In this document: positions 19,629-28,347 of the stretch, in pieces
How positions within the stretch are numbered: position 1 is the stretch's first letter
Layout of the letters: the number at the start of each line of letters is the position of its first letter
NCBI GenBank assembly: GCA_964592855.1
Contig: CAZQKI010000003.1
Span: 1,273-56,243, forward strand
Source: an uncultured Lentisphaerales bacterium
GTDB lineage: Bacteria > Verrucomicrobiota > Kiritimatiellia > RFP12 > JAAYLN01
DNA length: 54,971 bases
Direction of reading: 5' to 3'
The notes under the pieces: model-generated
The model's input: the letters and a program-made list of their open reading frames with translations, nothing else
What the model was told of the DNA's origin: nothing
Database searches by the model: none
Program-made: the position numbers and the translations under genes

Positions 19629-19705
19629 TTCGTCCTCGTCGTCGAAAACCCTCGGTGGTTTCGAGTACGATTACGAGGACCGCTTCGCTGAGGACGAGGA
19701 CGAAA
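19629..19705. repeat. Inverted hexamer-array element (CGAGGA/CGAGTA-type units)
   Basis: TTCGTCCTCGTCGTCGAAA...TTTCGAGTACGATTACGAGGAC...GAGGACGAGGACGAA; the arms are complementary. Confidence 0.65.
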
Positions 19706-19826
19706 CTCAACTGGGCGCTTCAGGGTGATTTCTTCTTTGTCGCGAGCTTTGTCGACTGCATCGTCGCCATTGCATCTCCCAGCAAACAAGATGCTGTGGA
19801 CCCGGCGGTCCTCCGCCGTAGCGAAT

Positions 19827-20060
19827 AGGAGGCCGGAGCGACCGCTCCACTCGCCACCGCCGGGGACGGCGGGGTCCAGTTCGTCCCCTGTCGCGCCCGT
19901 TTGATTGGACGTACAGGACTCGCGCTTGCTCGTCAACCGTTCTCGTCGCCCGCTCTCGTTGACCGATTCTTCCGCCTTCCGCTTTTCGATGGACGATAGC
20001 GGACGACGCGAGCGGATCACGATTTCGTCCCGTCGTTCCCTTTTCTCTCTTCTCGCCAAC
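19827..20060. repeat. Direct repeat copy 1 (about 234 bp) flanking the TA cassette
   Basis: Aligns with 20979-21059 plus 21271-21423. Contains the CCGCCGGGGACGGCGG palindrome and an internal inverted array. Ends in CGCCAAC. Confidence 0.85.
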
Positions 20061-20123
20061 GGTCACGGCGAGCGTTTGACCGACCGTCGCGGGCGGGCAA
20101 TACGCTCCGCCGTGTTGTTCGGC
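20054..20123 (-). mobile_element. Integron attC site (downstream of brnA)
   Basis: Minus strand reads GCCGAAC...GTTGGCG, 70 bp. Hairpin CACGGCG/CGCCGTG, AGCGT/ACGCT, TTG/CAA with two extrahelical bases on the R''-L'' arm. Confidence 0.8.
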
Positions 20124-20413
20124 AATGCTTCCGCCCCTGACGTTCCGCGCTCTGCTTTGATGCCCCACGCAAGATAGAGTTTGGCAAGACTCTGGTAGGG
20201 CACATCACGTTTGTTCGCGAGGACTTTCAGATCGTCCAGCATACCCGCCGGCAGGCGGATTGAGATGGATCGCAGGGTCGGTCGCAGGTTAGGAAACGAC
20301 ACCCGTTTAGCGGCCTTGACATTGAAGTAGTCCAGCGGGGAGTGGTTAGCCCAGAACTCCCTCTCTTCGTCTTCTGTCTGGAACACTGGTCTAGTCTTCG
20401 TTTGCGTGCTCAT
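20063..20413 (-). CDS. brnA: BrnA/CopG-family antitoxin
   Basis: FQTEDEEREFW and SISIRLP...LK.LA.KRDVPYQSL ribbon-helix-helix. Overlaps the toxin gene; the stop codon lies inside the attC. Confidence 0.85.
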   Translation of the reverse strand: MSTQTKTRPVFQTEDEEREFWANHSPLDYFNVKAAKRVSFPNLRPTLRSISIRLPAGMLDDLKVLANKRDVPYQSLAKLYLAWGIKAERGTSGAEALPNNTAERIARPRRSVKRSP

Positions 20414-20699
20414 AGAATTCGCGCTCCCTTCGGTTCATATCTCGTGCGGAAATGATTCGAATTAAACTGCCTCTCGGCGTATAGACGACAACAAGCCTCC
20501 GCCCCAAGTCGGTCTGTCCGAAGGCAGCAAACCTATCCTCGGCTGCAGAATGCTTCGGATCATCCAGGATCACGAGCGGTTCATTGAAGAAGACCTGTTC
20601 GCACTCAGAAGCATGAACCCCATGCTTCAGGTTCTTCTCCTTGTTGCCGGCATCCCAGTCAAATCCGCTGGCATCCAAGTATTCGCCTGTCATGGACAT
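20391..20699 (-). CDS. brnT: BrnT-family ribonuclease toxin
   Basis: GFDWDAGNKEKNLKHGV...EQVFFN...HSAAEDRF..FG...LVVVYT.R...IRIISARDM. Start may be 20693. Confidence 0.92.
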   Translation of the reverse strand: MSMTGEYLDASGFDWDAGNKEKNLKHGVHASECEQVFFNEPLVILDDPKHSAAEDRFAAFGQTDLGRRLVVVYTPRGSLIRIISARDMNRREREFYEHANED

Positions 20700-20728
20700 A
20701 CAGTATACTTATGAGATATACGAGTCAA
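20700..20728 (-). promoter_or_regulatory. Cassette-borne brnTA promoter with overlapping palindromic operator
   Basis: Minus strand TTGACT-cgtatatctcataag-TATACTGT directly before the ATG; GTATA-N9-TATAC inverted repeat. Confidence 0.6.
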
Positions 20729-20755
20729 CCTCCATCTTCTGACTTCTTTCTGGGT

Positions 20756-20818
20756 GCCGAACGTTGCGCCTAACGGACGGCGAGCTTGCGAGCCGTACCT
20801 TTCAGGCGCTGGTTGTGT
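20756..20818 (-). mobile_element. Integron attC site (upstream of brnT)
   Basis: Minus strand reads ACACAAC...GTTCGGC, 63 bp. Hairpin GCGCCT/AGGCGC and ACGGC/GCCGT with extrahelical bases. Confidence 0.8.
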
Positions 20819-20870
20819 GCCGGGTATGCCCGGTCGCTTGTCGTCACGCTCCGCGAGACGATTGCAAAGA

Positions 20871-20973
20871 AACGGGATTGACTTCGAAATTCTGCGGTTC
20901 AGTATTCGTCGGGTTATGCGCCCGCGCAGCGGGAAATCTGCGGTTCGATTAGGTTGCGGGCGGAGCCCGCATT
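20871..20973 (-). repeat. REP-like palindrome plus left arm of the AACCGCAG element
   Basis: Reverse complement matches 31886-31964, apart from a roughly 24-bp insertion. Confidence 0.8.
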
Positions 20974-20978
20974 CGAGC

Positions 20979-21423
20979 AGGACGCCGGAGCGACCTTTCC
21001 ATTCGCCACCGCCGGGGACGGCGGGGGCCAGTTCGTCCCATGTCGCGCCCGTCTGATTGCAGTCTTGCCCTCCAGTGGCTGTTGATTGTCCCACTGTCCG
21101 CCGTAGTCGTCGACCCTGGGAGAGGAAGAATCGGCGGACGACTACGGCGACGACTACGGCTTACGATTTCCTTCGGTCGTTCCGCTTGTCAATCCTACTC
21201 GCACGCTCCTGTCCGCCAATCCCGGCGGAGCCGTGAACCGCCATGGGCTCGCACCGCGAGGATCGGAAGGGACGCACAGGACTCGCGCTCGCACGTCAAC
21301 CGTTCTCGTCGCCCGCTCTCGTTGACCGAGACTTCCGCCTTCCGCTTTTCGGTGGACGATAGCGGACGACGAGAGCGGATCACGATTTTGCCCCATCGTT
21401 CCATCTTCTCTCTTCTCGCCAAC
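20979..21423. repeat. Direct repeat copy 2 with an approximately 211-bp internal insert
   Basis: Matches 19827-20060. The insert at 21060-21270 holds ACGACTACGG repeats. It abuts an arm of the AACCGCAG element (21422-21462, matching 31997-32028). Confidence 0.85.
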
Positions 21424-21514
21424 TTCGACATTCGGACCTCATGATTCGAAAATCTGCGGTTCTTCTGCCGAGTTCCCGTGGCGTCTCGCACATGATCCAA
21501 AACCCGACAGGCTG

Positions 21515-22450
21515 CTACACGCTGGGGAAGAGGCGGCGCGCCTGGACGATGTCCTGCTGAACCTGGACCATGAGGGCTTGCGCATCGGGAAACTTGATTT
21601 CGTCGCGGAGGCGGGCCAGGAAGGCGACGTCCAGGGTCGCGCCGTAGAGGTCGCCCTCGAAGTCGAGCAGGTGGATCTCGAGCACGGGCGCATCGGGGCG
21701 CGCGTCGGCAAAGGTCGGGCGCCAGCCGAGCCCCGCGACGCCATCCACCGGGCGGTCGCCGATCCACGTCCGGACGGCATAGACGCCGATTTTCGGCAGC
21801 ACTTCCGCCGCCGGATGCAGGTTAGCCGTGGCCATGCCGATGGTGCGGCCGACCCCGCGGCCGCGGACGACCGTCTCGCGGATGGCATAGGGACGTCCGA
21901 GCATCTGCGTGGCCTCCTCGATGTCGCCCGCCTGGATGGCTTTGCGGATGCGGGTGCTGGAGATGGGCTTGCCCTTGTATTGCTCGGCGGTGGCGATGAC
22001 CACGTCGAAACCGTATTGCCGCCCCAGTACCGTGAGCAGCCCCGGGTTACCTTGTCCCTTGGCGCCAAACGTCCAGTTGTCGCCACAGCGGATCTCGACG
22101 ATCGCCTTTCGGTCGCCGCAGAGCAGGGCGATGAAGTCGGCCGGCGAAAGACCGGCGAGTTCATGCGTGAAGGGGAGCATGAGACAGCCGTCGAGGCCTG
22201 TGCTCGCGAGGAGCTCGAGCCGGCCGGGGATCGGCGTCAGCAGCGGGGGCTGGCGGCCGGGGGCGAGAATGGCGCAGGGATGCTGGTCGAAGGTGAGCGC
22301 CCACGCCTGCCCGCCGATCTCGCGGGCACGAGCAACGGCACCCTCGAGGACGCGGCGATGTCCGAGGTGGACGCCATCGAAGAAACCGGTGGCGAGGACC
22401 AGGGGGCCGGGTATCTGACGGAATGATTCGGGAAGAACGAGCGTATGCAC
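21515..22450 (-). CDS. ribF: Bifunctional riboflavin kinase/FAD synthetase
   Basis: GFFDGVHLGH, ISSTRIR, LGRPY, GRTIG..TANL, GVYA, GWRPTF, LEIHLLDF, RDEIKF. Confidence 0.95.
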   Translation of the reverse strand: MHTLVLPESFRQIPGPLVLATGFFDGVHLGHRRVLEGAVARAREIGGQAWALTFDQHPCAILAPGRQPPLLTPIPGRLELLASTGLDGCLMLPFTHELAGLSPADFIALLCGDRKAIVEIRCGDNWTFGAKGQGNPGLLTVLGRQYGFDVVIATAEQYKGKPISSTRIRKAIQAGDIEEATQMLGRPYAIRETVVRGRGVGRTIGMATANLHPAAEVLPKIGVYAVRTWIGDRPVDGVAGLGWRPTFADARPDAPVLEIHLLDFEGDLYGATLDVAFLARLRDEIKFPDAQALMVQVQQDIVQARRLFPSV

Positions 22451-22465
22451 GTGGATCCAGGGTGA

Positions 22466-22915
22466 TCAGGGGCTCTTGGTGTCGTGTACGACCGTCAGGA
22501 CGAACATCCGCATGCCGCCCTCCCGCGCCGGAAAGCCGCCGAGGATGACGGGATGGTCGGGACGAACCGTCGCGACGGTGCTCAGAATGCGTTTGCCTTT
22601 GCGGACAATCTTTACGCTGAGCTGGCTTGCCGGCCCCGAGCAGGTCACTTCGTAGACGCGGAGCAGCTTCATATCCTCTTTGGTCGGAAGGTCGAAGTGC
22701 ACTTCGGCGTCCAGCGCGTAGGCCTGGAAGGCAAGCGTGTTCGCCATCATGGCGACGACGTCGGCCAGCGCGTCGGGGGTCGCGCCCGGCACGTTGCTGC
22801 CGCGGATCATGCGGATGCGCAGGGCTTCGGCGCCATGCGCCGAGGCGGTGATCGCCATCACCAGGCAGACCGACAGGATCAGTCGGGCGAAGCGGGAATG
22901 GTGCGCCCCGGTCAT
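22466..22915 (-). CDS. Secreted/periplasmic hypothetical protein of the ECF sigma cassette
   Basis: 149 aa from ATG 22915 (ATGA overlap with the anti-sigma gene), with SD GGGGAGG and a signal peptide (LILSVCLVMAITASAHG). Confidence 0.7.
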   Translation of the reverse strand: MTGAHHSRFARLILSVCLVMAITASAHGAEALRIRMIRGSNVPGATPDALADVVAMMANTLAFQAYALDAEVHFDLPTKEDMKLLRVYEVTCSGPASQLSVKIVRKGKRILSTVATVRPDHPVILGGFPAREGGMRMFVLTVVHDTKSP

Positions 22916-23310
22916 TGCGAGGCCTCCCCGTCGCGTGCCTCGTCGTTGAAGTCGAGGTCGGATATCCAGAAGATGGTGGCTTTGCACGATTCCTCCTGCC
23001 AGATCATCACGGAACCGTGTTGCGGCGTGATCGCATAGGAATGAATGGCGGAACCGGCCTGCAGCGGCGCCGGCTGGAGGAACAGCAGCCAAGCACCAAC
23101 GGCCATGATCGATGTGGCGCCGAGGCTGCCGAGCGTCCAGATCCAGGAGGCCCGGTGCGGGTGCCGCGCGGTCGCAGCGGGGTGCTGGGGATAGAGATGA
23201 AGGCGGCCGTGGAAATCGCTCCAGAACCGGGCGGCGTCGGACTTGGGCGCAACGCCACGGACCGCCAACTGCGTCGCTAGCTTCGACCATTTGGGCGTGT
23301 TCCTATTCAT
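22912..23310 (-). CDS. Putative single-pass anti-sigma factor
   Basis: ATGA overlap with the sigma gene; FWSDFHGRL then a transmembrane segment and a short C-terminal domain ending TIFWIS. Confidence 0.7.
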   Translation of the reverse strand: MNRNTPKWSKLATQLAVRGVAPKSDAARFWSDFHGRLHLYPQHPAATARHPHRASWIWTLGSLGATSIMAVGAWLLFLQPAPLQAGSAIHSYAITPQHGSVMIWQEESCKATIFWISDLDFNDEARDGEASQ

Positions 23311-23897
23311 GGTTCGCGTTCCTCACTATCCTCATCCTGTCGCTGTTCCAAAACCTGCCTCAATTTGCGCTTGCCGTTGAAGAGCCGTGACATCACGGTG
23401 CCGATCGGCAGCCCCGTGGCCGCGGCGATTTCAACGTAGCTCAAGCCGTCGCTGTACCTCAGGAGCAGGACGAGACGATGCTCTTCCGGGAGACACTGCA
23501 AGGCGCGATCCAAGTCGTCGCGCGCCTCCGCGCTCTCGAGACCGCTGGCGGGATGCAGCGCCGTGGCGTCCGCCACCGATTCAATCGGATTCTCGCCATC
23601 CTCGCGTGGCTCCGGATGAACCTCCCTTTGGCGTTTCCGCTTCCGGATGGCGTCGATCGCGCAGTTGTGCGCGATCCGGTAGAGCCAGGACTTCAGCGAT
23701 GAGCGTCCGTTGAACTGATTCACGGCCTGCCAAGCCCGCAAAAAGGTCTCCATCGTCACATCTTCGGCATCGTCCGGCCCGACGAGACGCGCGGCAACGG
23801 CGAAAACGGTAGACCGCAATCCTTCGAATGCTTGGGCGAAGGCTTCGGCATCGCCTGCTTGCGAACGTGCTAACCAGTCGCCGGACAATTGCTCCAT
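23307..23897 (-). CDS. ECF RNA polymerase sigma-70 factor
   Basis: DAEDVTMETFLRAW, WLYRIAHN (region 2); LPEEHR...GLSYVEIA...GTVMSRL (region 4). Confidence 0.93.
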   Translation of the reverse strand: MEQLSGDWLARSQAGDAEAFAQAFEGLRSTVFAVAARLVGPDDAEDVTMETFLRAWQAVNQFNGRSSLKSWLYRIAHNCAIDAIRKRKRQREVHPEPREDGENPIESVADATALHPASGLESAEARDDLDRALQCLPEEHRLVLLLRYSDGLSYVEIAAATGLPIGTVMSRLFNGKRKLRQVLEQRQDEDSEEREP

Positions 23898-23926
23898 GAC
23901 TTAGACGCTCAAGTCGGGCAGCCTAT

Positions 23927-25687
23927 TCACGCATGCGCAAAGTTTTTTTTGCCCGATTTGCCGTGGAAGTGCGGCTGCGGTTTGCGCGCGGGATACCCGG
24001 GACCATTCTTGCGGTTGGGATTGAAGTGTTTGACGGGGTGGGGGCGTGCCGGACGTCCGCTGGCGGGGGCGACATCGGCGTCGCGGATTTTGACGGGGTT
24101 GCCATCCAGCTGCGCCTGCTGCAGCCCCTCGCGGATCTGCTCGGCGGCCCCTTCGGCGACATCGAAGAACGTGCTATGCGCCTGCATCTGAATGCTGCCG
24201 ATCTGCCGTGAGACAACTGCACCGTTTTCGCACACGAGGCGCACGATGGCGCCCTCGTTGATGCCGTCTTCACGGCCGACATTCAGCTCGAAGGTGTGCA
24301 TCGGCCCCGTTTCCTGTCCGCGACGGGACTGGACGGGGCCCTCGGGAGATGATCCCGCGGCACCGGCATTCAGGTTCTGGTGGGAGACATGCGTCCCCTT
24401 GATCCGCTTCAGCTCGGCGGATAGCAGGCGCTTGAGCAGGTCCTCGCGGGTCAGTCCGGCCAGCTTCTCGTCGATGGAGGGATAGTATTTCTCAAGGCCT
24501 TTTTCGTCGATCTCCATCCGCGTGAGTTCTTCGGCCATGTTCATCAGGCGCTGGCGGCAGACCTCGTGTCCGTCGGGGACCTGCTGGTCCGCGAAATGGA
24601 TGCGGAGCCGGCGCTCCATCTGGCCGATACGGTATTTTTCGGCGGGGCTGATGAAGACGATCGAGAACCCCGATTTTCCGGCGCGGGCGGTGCGGCCGCT
24701 GCGATGAGTGTAGACGTCGATGTCGTCGGGCAGATCGTAGTGGATGATGTGCGTGATGTCGTCGACGTCGATGCCGCGCGCCGCAACGTCGGTCGCGATC
24801 AGCAGACGGACCTGATGGCGGCGGAAGCGCCCCATCACATTGTCGCGCTGGGCCTGGGAAAGGTCGCCATGCAGCGGTTCGGCGGCGTAGCCGTCGCGGG
24901 ACAGCATGTCCGCGAGATCCTGCGTATCCCGACGCGTGCGGCGGAACACCAGGCCGAACAGGTCGGGCGTCATGTCGATGATGCGGCGCAGGCTGGCGTA
25001 GCGGTGCGAGGGATGGACGATGTAGCAATGGTGGATGATGTTGATCGCCGTCTGGTTGCGCGTTCCGATCGTGACCTCGACGGGGTCGCGGAGATAGCGC
25101 TTGGAAATGGAGGCGACCTCCTTGCCCATCGTCGCGGAGAACATCCACGTCTTCTTCGTCTCGGGCAGCGCCTTGATGATGCGGTCGATGTCCTCCTGGA
25201 ACCCCATGTCGAGCATCTCGTCCGCCTCGTCCAGCACGGCGACCTTGATCTTCGTGAGGTCGATGGCGCCGCGCTGAATCACATCGAGGAGACGGCCCGG
25301 GGTCGCCACGACAACTTGCGCGCCGCGGCGGAGTTCGTTGATCTGAAAGGAGATGCTCGATCCCCCGTAGATGGCGACGACGCGGAAGCCCTTCAGGTGG
25401 TTGCCGAACTGACGCAGTTCCTGCACGATTTGGAGACACAGTTCGCGGGTCGGACAGAGAATGATGCTCTGGGGAGCCTTCTGCTTGACATCCAGCTTGT
25501 TGAGCAGGGGGAGCCCGAAGGCGCCGGTCTTGCCCGTTCCGGTTTGCGCGAGGCCGATAAAGTCGGTGTCTCGTTCAAGCAGCGCGGGGATGGTCTGCTC
25601 CTGGATGGGCATGGGATTCACGAAGCCCATCTCGGCAATCGCCTTTATCAATTCGTCGCGGAGTCCTAGTTCAAGAAAAGTCATCAA
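23927..25687 (-). CDS. deaD: DEAD-box RNA helicase with C-terminal DbpA-type RNA-binding domain
   Basis: Q motif, AQTGTGKT, PTREL, TPGR, DEAD, SAT, HRSGRTARAG; C-terminal NVGREDG...IGSI domain. Confidence 0.9.
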   Translation of the reverse strand: MMTFLELGLRDELIKAIAEMGFVNPMPIQEQTIPALLERDTDFIGLAQTGTGKTGAFGLPLLNKLDVKQKAPQSIILCPTRELCLQIVQELRQFGNHLKGFRVVAIYGGSSISFQINELRRGAQVVVATPGRLLDVIQRGAIDLTKIKVAVLDEADEMLDMGFQEDIDRIIKALPETKKTWMFSATMGKEVASISKRYLRDPVEVTIGTRNQTAINIIHHCYIVHPSHRYASLRRIIDMTPDLFGLVFRRTRRDTQDLADMLSRDGYAAEPLHGDLSQAQRDNVMGRFRRHQVRLLIATDVAARGIDVDDITHIIHYDLPDDIDVYTHRSGRTARAGKSGFSIVFISPAEKYRIGQMERRLRIHFADQQVPDGHEVCRQRLMNMAEELTRMEIDEKGLEKYYPSIDEKLAGLTREDLLKRLLSAELKRIKGTHVSHQNLNAGAAGSSPEGPVQSRRGQETGPMHTFELNVGREDGINEGAIVRLVCENGAVVSRQIGSIQMQAHSTFFDVAEGAAEQIREGLQQAQLDGNPVKIRDADVAPASGRPARPHPVKHFNPNRKNGPGYPARKPQPHFHGKSGKKNFAHA

Positions 25688-25940
25688 GGTCTTTCAATAA
25701 TGGATCGGAACAAATATAGTAGCAGAATTACGCCCCTTTGCCCATCTAAAAGCGACATCTAAAAGCGGCACTGTCCAAACCAACAGGCGGGCAGCGGCAG
25801 GAAACCGTCGTGCCGGCAGCAAGTTGGGCGTTGAGCGTTCAGTTTGACTTTTGCCCCATCCCCGGCATAATGAACGCCGACCTTGGCCCCGGAACGTATC
25901 CGGGATGGCCAACGGGACACGAGTGAACAGGAATCGTCCG

Positions 25941-28334
25941 ATGAATGTGAAACGGGATGCAAAGGCAGTCACCTCGGGATTGATGATGCTCGGAGGGCTC
26001 TTGCTCATTGCAGGATGCGTCGGGCCAGGTGTCGCAAACCAGCCGTCTATTCCTTCCGGGACGCCGGTGGGCGTTGCGCTGGTTTTGGACGGTGTGCCGC
26101 AGGCCGTCATCGTCGCCCCGGCAGATCGCAAGCCTTTGCAGCGAAACGGAGTCGACGGTGTCGAGGAACTGGTCGAGCACATCCGGCTGATCTCGGGCGC
26201 GACCCTGCTCGTGGTCACCAATGCCGCCGACCTGCCGAAGGGTTTGGTGCCGATTCGGCTGGGCGAGATGACCGATGCCGATCTCGACGGGACGATCCGC
26301 GCCCGGGGCGATCTTCCCTCGGCGTTTGCCCTTCGCGTGGCGGCCGATCGGATCGACATCCGCGGCCTCGGCGGCGAAGGGACCCTGTTCGGCATCTACG
26401 AACTGCTCGAACAACTCGGCGTCCGCTGGTACGCCCCCGGCGACTGGGGCCGCGTGGTGCCGGAAGCGCGCACCCTGCGACTCGCCGTGCAGCTGACGGT
26501 ACAGTCGCCTTCGCTGAAGATCCGCAGCCTCGGTGGCTGGATGGCGCCGAACACCGGCTGGTGGATCCGCCAGCGGCAGGGGCGGGATATCGAGCGTGCG
26601 ACGGGTCGCCACGGCATGCCGGGCAACCCGCCCAAGGGCACGGGGGGGCAGACCTGCCTGTCGGGCGGACACGCGCCCGGCGCGCTGGAGGCGGTCGTCG
26701 CGGGCATCCGGCAGGAGCTTGAAAATAATCCCGGCCGGCGGGAGATCAGCCTGGGGCCGCACGATGGCGGCGGCTATTGCCAGTGCGACGGGTGCCGGGC
26801 TCTGGACGGCGATTCGTGGGATCCGCTGCGCAAGGCGCCCGCCATGACCGACCGCTACATCGGGTTCTTCAACCGCGTCCTCGAAGCGCTGGACAAGGAC
26901 TATCCCGATCTGCGGCTCGCCTGGTATGTCTATGCGGCGCATTTCTTTCCGCCGAAGCATGTCGTCCCCAATCCGCGCATCATCCACACCTTCGCGCCGA
27001 TCGACCTCGACCGCAACCGCGGCATGGACAACCCGATGGGGACCGACCGTCATATCTTCAAGCACATCATCGAGGGCTGGTCGGCCTTCAAGCCGGCGGC
27101 GATGAACTACCGCGGCTATTACAACAACCTCGCCTGCCCGCAGTTTCCCTGGAGCCAGATCGACCGCGTCCGCCACGAAATCCCCGCGCTCCAGGCGCTG
27201 GGATTCGATGCCTTCACGGTCGAGGTGATCCGGCAGTCGTGGGCTTCGTCGGTCATCACGCCCTACGTCGCAGCCCGCGTCATGTGGAATGTCGAGACGG
27301 ATGTGGACGCGCTGCTTGCCGAGTTTTACAAACTGTTTTACGGCCCTGCGGAGGACCCGATGCGCGCCTATCTCGAGGGGCTCGAGTCCGCCTTTCGCGA
27401 CACGCCTTACCGGACCGGCGGAAGCGCCGTCTATTTCCCGATCTTCGACGTCGCGCGCCGCGACACCCTGCGCGGACACCTGGACCGGGCCGCGCGCCGC
27501 GCGCCGCGCGGGCGCACCGGCCTCTATGGCGAACGCGTCTGGGCCGCCCGGCAGGGGTTCGACCGCCTGGAAATCTTCCTCGACATGATCGCCGCGCGCA
27601 ACCGCCATGACTACGCCGCCGCCCGGGCGAAGATGGAGGCTTACTGGACGCTCACCGATGCGCTCGCCGACACCGTGCTTGAAGGAGGGAACCTGAAGTG
27701 GCCGGGCATGCGCTCGCGCCTGGCGCTGATCAATTTCATGGAACGGTCGGATCGGCACAAGGATTACGGACGCGACAACTACTTCAAGCGATTCTGGGAG
27801 CCGGCCATCGTATCCGGCCATTTGCGCACGGTCGAAGCGGGGCAGTTCGTCAAGGGACTGGAGGACGAATGGGACTTCCTGCTCGATCCGGCCGAGATCG
27901 GCGAAATTGGCGGCTGGCATCGGCCCGGCCCGCTGGGGGGCAACTGGCAGCGGCTCAAAACAACCTCGCGGAGCTGGTCCGATCAGGGGTTTCACGACTA
28001 CAAGGGCGTGGCGTGGTACCGTCAGCATGTCGTAATCCCAAAAACGTTTGAGGGGCGTCCTGTCTACCTGTGGTTTGGCGGGGTCGGGGTGACCGCCAAG
28101 GTGTGGGTCAACGGTGAACTGCTCGGCACCAGCAGCGAACCCAATGCCGGATTGCCCGGCGCCCCCGGCACCTTCAAGCCGTTCGATTTGCTTGCGACGG
28201 ATGCGATCCGGTTCGGCAAGTCGAACACGGTGAGCGTCAAGATCACCAATGACCGCCTGGCGGAACTGGGCGTCGGCGGGATCATTTCGCCGGTGATGTT
28301 CTGGACACCGAAAGATCCCGCGTGGCGACCGTAA
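25941..28334 (+). CDS. DUF4838-family lipoprotein with C-terminal GH2-type sugar-binding domain
   Basis: Lipobox LIAGC; GTLFGIYELLEQLGVRWY, PHDGGGYCQCDGC, ARVMWN; C-terminal YKGVAWYRQ...LWFGGV...KVWVNG. Confidence 0.8.
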   Translation: MNVKRDAKAVTSGLMMLGGLLLIAGCVGPGVANQPSIPSGTPVGVALVLDGVPQAVIVAPADRKPLQRNGVDGVEELVEHIRLISGATLLVVTNAADLPKGLVPIRLGEMTDADLDGTIRARGDLPSAFALRVAADRIDIRGLGGEGTLFGIYELLEQLGVRWYAPGDWGRVVPEARTLRLAVQLTVQSPSLKIRSLGGWMAPNTGWWIRQRQGRDIERATGRHGMPGNPPKGTGGQTCLSGGHAPGALEAVVAGIRQELENNPGRREISLGPHDGGGYCQCDGCRALDGDSWDPLRKAPAMTDRYIGFFNRVLEALDKDYPDLRLAWYVYAAHFFPPKHVVPNPRIIHTFAPIDLDRNRGMDNPMGTDRHIFKHIIEGWSAFKPAAMNYRGYYNNLACPQFPWSQIDRVRHEIPALQALGFDAFTVEVIRQSWASSVITPYVAARVMWNVETDVDALLAEFYKLFYGPAEDPMRAYLEGLESAFRDTPYRTGGSAVYFPIFDVARRDTLRGHLDRAARRAPRGRTGLYGERVWAARQGFDRLEIFLDMIAARNRHDYAAARAKMEAYWTLTDALADTVLEGGNLKWPGMRSRLALINFMERSDRHKDYGRDNYFKRFWEPAIVSGHLRTVEAGQFVKGLEDEWDFLLDPAEIGEIGGWHRPGPLGGNWQRLKTTSRSWSDQGFHDYKGVAWYRQHVVIPKTFEGRPVYLWFGGVGVTAKVWVNGELLGTSSEPNAGLPGAPGTFKPFDLLATDAIRFGKSNTVSVKITNDRLAELGVGGIISPVMFWTPKDPAWRP

Positions 28335-28347
28335 AAGGATGTTATCT

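Noticed and set aside
19827-21423. Diversity-generating retroelement template/variable repeat pair
   Set aside because: Differences between the copies are not adenine-specific, neither copy is in a credible ORF, and there is no reverse transcriptase gene.
19620-21460. Possible CRISPR array or small ORFs in the repeat mosaic
   Set aside because: No constant-length repeat-spacer periodicity and no cas genes; ORFs other than brnT/brnA are translations of repeat DNA.
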